Assembly (NCBI GenBank): GCA_010909165.1
Contig: VJWM01000234.1
Coordinates: forward strand, 212,455 to 276,454
Origin: Anthoceros angustus
Taxonomy: Eukaryota; Plantae; Anthocerotophyta
DNA length: 64,000 bases
Reading direction: 5' to 3'
Shown: positions 61,961 to 64,000 of the stretch, piece after piece
How the letters are laid out: each line of letters begins with the position of its first letter
Numbering within the stretch: the first letter of the stretch is position 1
Notes under the pieces: generated by a model
Databases searched by the model: none
What the model was told of the DNA's origin: nothing
Seen by the model: only the letters and a program-made list of their open reading frames with translations
Program-made: the position numbers and the translations under genes

Positions 61961-63420
61961 GAGCAGCACATTCATTTCCCATGAGCCCCGCCTCTGCCTC
62001 TGAGCAGCACATTCATTTCCCATGAGCCCCTCCCTCCACCAGGCTCCGAGCCATGAACACCGTGCCACTGGCTTGTCCGAGACTGGGACTGAGACTGAGA
62101 CCGAGACTGAGACTGCGACTGGGAGAGGGAGTGAGTGTCGTGTGTCACGGCTCTCGAGTTGCACTCACTCGCACTCTCTCGGCCTGGGCGTAGGCCTGGG
62201 CCTGGGCCTGGGCCTGGGATACTCATGAAATCGGCGTGCGGCAAAGTGTGTGATTTGATTGAGATGAGAGGCCTGTCGCCAGTGCGTGGCCTGCAGCACC
62301 AGCTCTCATCACGCCGGGCTGCTGCTGCTGCTGCTGCTGCTGCTAGCCTGGTACACATGTACGCCTCGCCTCGCATCACCTCGCCCTGCTCCGCTCCGCC
62401 CGCCCCATAGCCTGCGTGGCCCCCGCGCCTGGCCGAGGCGGGGCGGGGCGAGGCGAGGCGAGGGTCAGAAGTCGATGATGACAAATCCGCCACTCATCAC
62501 CAAATCTTACCAAGATCCCACACTCACTACAACTCAAGTTCCAGCCGGAGATGTTCCAAGTCCCGATGTTAAGCTCCAGCTGGGCCTGCTGCTCCTGCTG
62601 CTGGCCCGGCCCCTGCCCCTGGCCTGCCCTGCCGCGCCTGGCCTGGCCTTGCCCATCACTGTTGCCAGACTCGGCCACCCACGCTATTTGCTGGGCCCCC
62701 TTCCCTGATGAGAGTCCTGACTCAACTCTCCAGGGGCTGGCCGCTGGTTGCTGGACATTGGGCTGGGCTGCCTCCCTGGGGCATCTCGCTCCACTCTCCA
62801 CACATTGCCATTCACGTGATCGCTTCCGCCTTCCGCCTTCCGCCACAGCCCCGTGACTCCCCTACCCCAGGCCAGGGGCCCAGGGTCCGCACTGCGCACT
62901 GCTCACTACGCACTGCGCACTGCTCACTGCGCACCGCCCGGCCAGCCACCCTTCCGTCCCGTTGACCCATTTTCAAATCTCTCCTCCCAACGTTATCTGA
63001 CCTAACAATGCATGACTTGTCACTTAGCCACCACTCTTTTAATTCTCTATCTTGTCCAATTCTGTACCCATACCACTACCTCAACTCAACGGTGCCTTGG
63101 GCAGGCTTGGGCTCGGGTATCTTTGGGTACCAGTGCCAAACCCTGTCAGGGCCCAGCCAACTCGGAACCTGGCCGACGCCGACGCCCTGTGTACAAGTGC
63201 GGAACTTGGTCCGTTGTGCGGAACTTGGAACGGACCACGGAACTTTAACCACGCTTCTATACGTACATGTGTATGTTCACTTCTTTTATTAATATCCATC
63301 AAATATCCTTACAAATTTTGGGACCTGTTTTCACCACGGCATCCACTCTAGAATCCCTTTTGGTTCTTTGCTACTCTACATTCTTTTCATAAACCTCTCC
63401 CTTTGTTCTTAGGGATGAGA

Positions 63421-63949
63421 TGTGGAGTATACCAAAGTCTTGTCTCTATACAATAAATATGTTGAACGAGAATGAGGCTAGATTTTGCAAATTCTTTGCT
63501 TCACTCGCTCCTCGCCCCTCACGGAAAGTCGCGACCTCGCGGTCTTGGGTGTGCCCTTCTCCCGATTCTCCGGTGGTAGTCCTCCGCCACTAGGGTTGTA
63601 AATTCCCCACAGTACGTCCGTTTCTCGGCCACCGTGGTGGAACTAGCCACCACCCCACTTGACTACTCAAGCGTGGCATATTGTGAGCATCCCTAGCATA
63701 TATAGACACCTTTTATTCTAAAATTCCCAATACCCAAGGACTCTATTTCTACCCCACCCCTCACGGGTCAAACCTAAGGTCGAAAAATTATTATTATCTC
63801 CAAGGGCCAAGGACCATTCCGTATAAAAGACGACTCGGATGATTCTCAAAGCACACTGCTATTCTAACACATCCAAAACAAAAAAAATCGTTCATCGACA
63901 CTTGGGAGGCGGGGTTAGTGCACATGTGGTCTCCACATGTGCACTACCA
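63421..63949 (-). repeat. Probable 3' LTR of a minus-strand LTR retrotransposon continuing beyond the window
   Basis: TG at 63421 and CA at 63948-63949; minus-strand PPT GGAGGGAGTAGT at ~63950-63961; TATATATG-like box ~63698; 14-bp perfect inverted repeat 63916-63946. Confidence 0.6.
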
Positions 63950-64000
63950 ACTACTCCCTCCGGAACCTTTCCCTTCCCAATGAACTCTCCTCGCCCCACG

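Noticed and set aside
60616-62164. ORFs up to 352 aa (GR, AS, LP, CL repeats)
   Set aside because: Microsatellite read-through with no coding complexity.
63150-63250. Repeated CGGAAC(C/T)T motifs suggesting a DNA transposon end
   Set aside because: No terminal inverted repeat partner or TSD identifiable in the window.

Overview
This is repeat-dense land-plant nuclear DNA (PLS-class PPR remnants, Copia and Athila-like elements, a spliced DIS3L2 gene); a non-seed plant such as a fern is plausible but only inferred. Almost every ORF is broken by 1-2 nt indels, including the conserved host gene, so many frameshifts are probably long-read consensus errors. Layout: 1-18.6 kb is a nest of three Ty1/Copia elements (E1 minus strand, inserted in the leader of E2; E2 plus strand; E3 minus strand, inserted about 10 bp into the 3' LTR of E2). 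18.6-25.2 kb holds degenerate TE remnants, an LTR-like block and GC-extreme sequence. 25.2-30.0 kb is a Tnt1/Tork-like Copia (E4). 30.9-48.5 kb holds an Athila-like Ty3/Gypsy element with an env-like/coiled-coil extra ORF, a second partial copy whose LTR carries both PPT and PBS, and a PPR pseudogene between the two. 48.9-52.2 kb is a cluster of degenerate copies of an unidentified gene with a 5S-rRNA-derived tandem array. 54.2-58.6 kb is a DIS3L2/SOV gene. 59-62 kb is microsatellite and fold-back sequence, and 63.4-64 kb is a 3' LTR. The two strongest novel candidates are (1) a ~258-codon antisense ORF conserved in position, length and peptide motifs between two diverged Copia elements, and (2) a 5S-derived Pol III promoter multimer.
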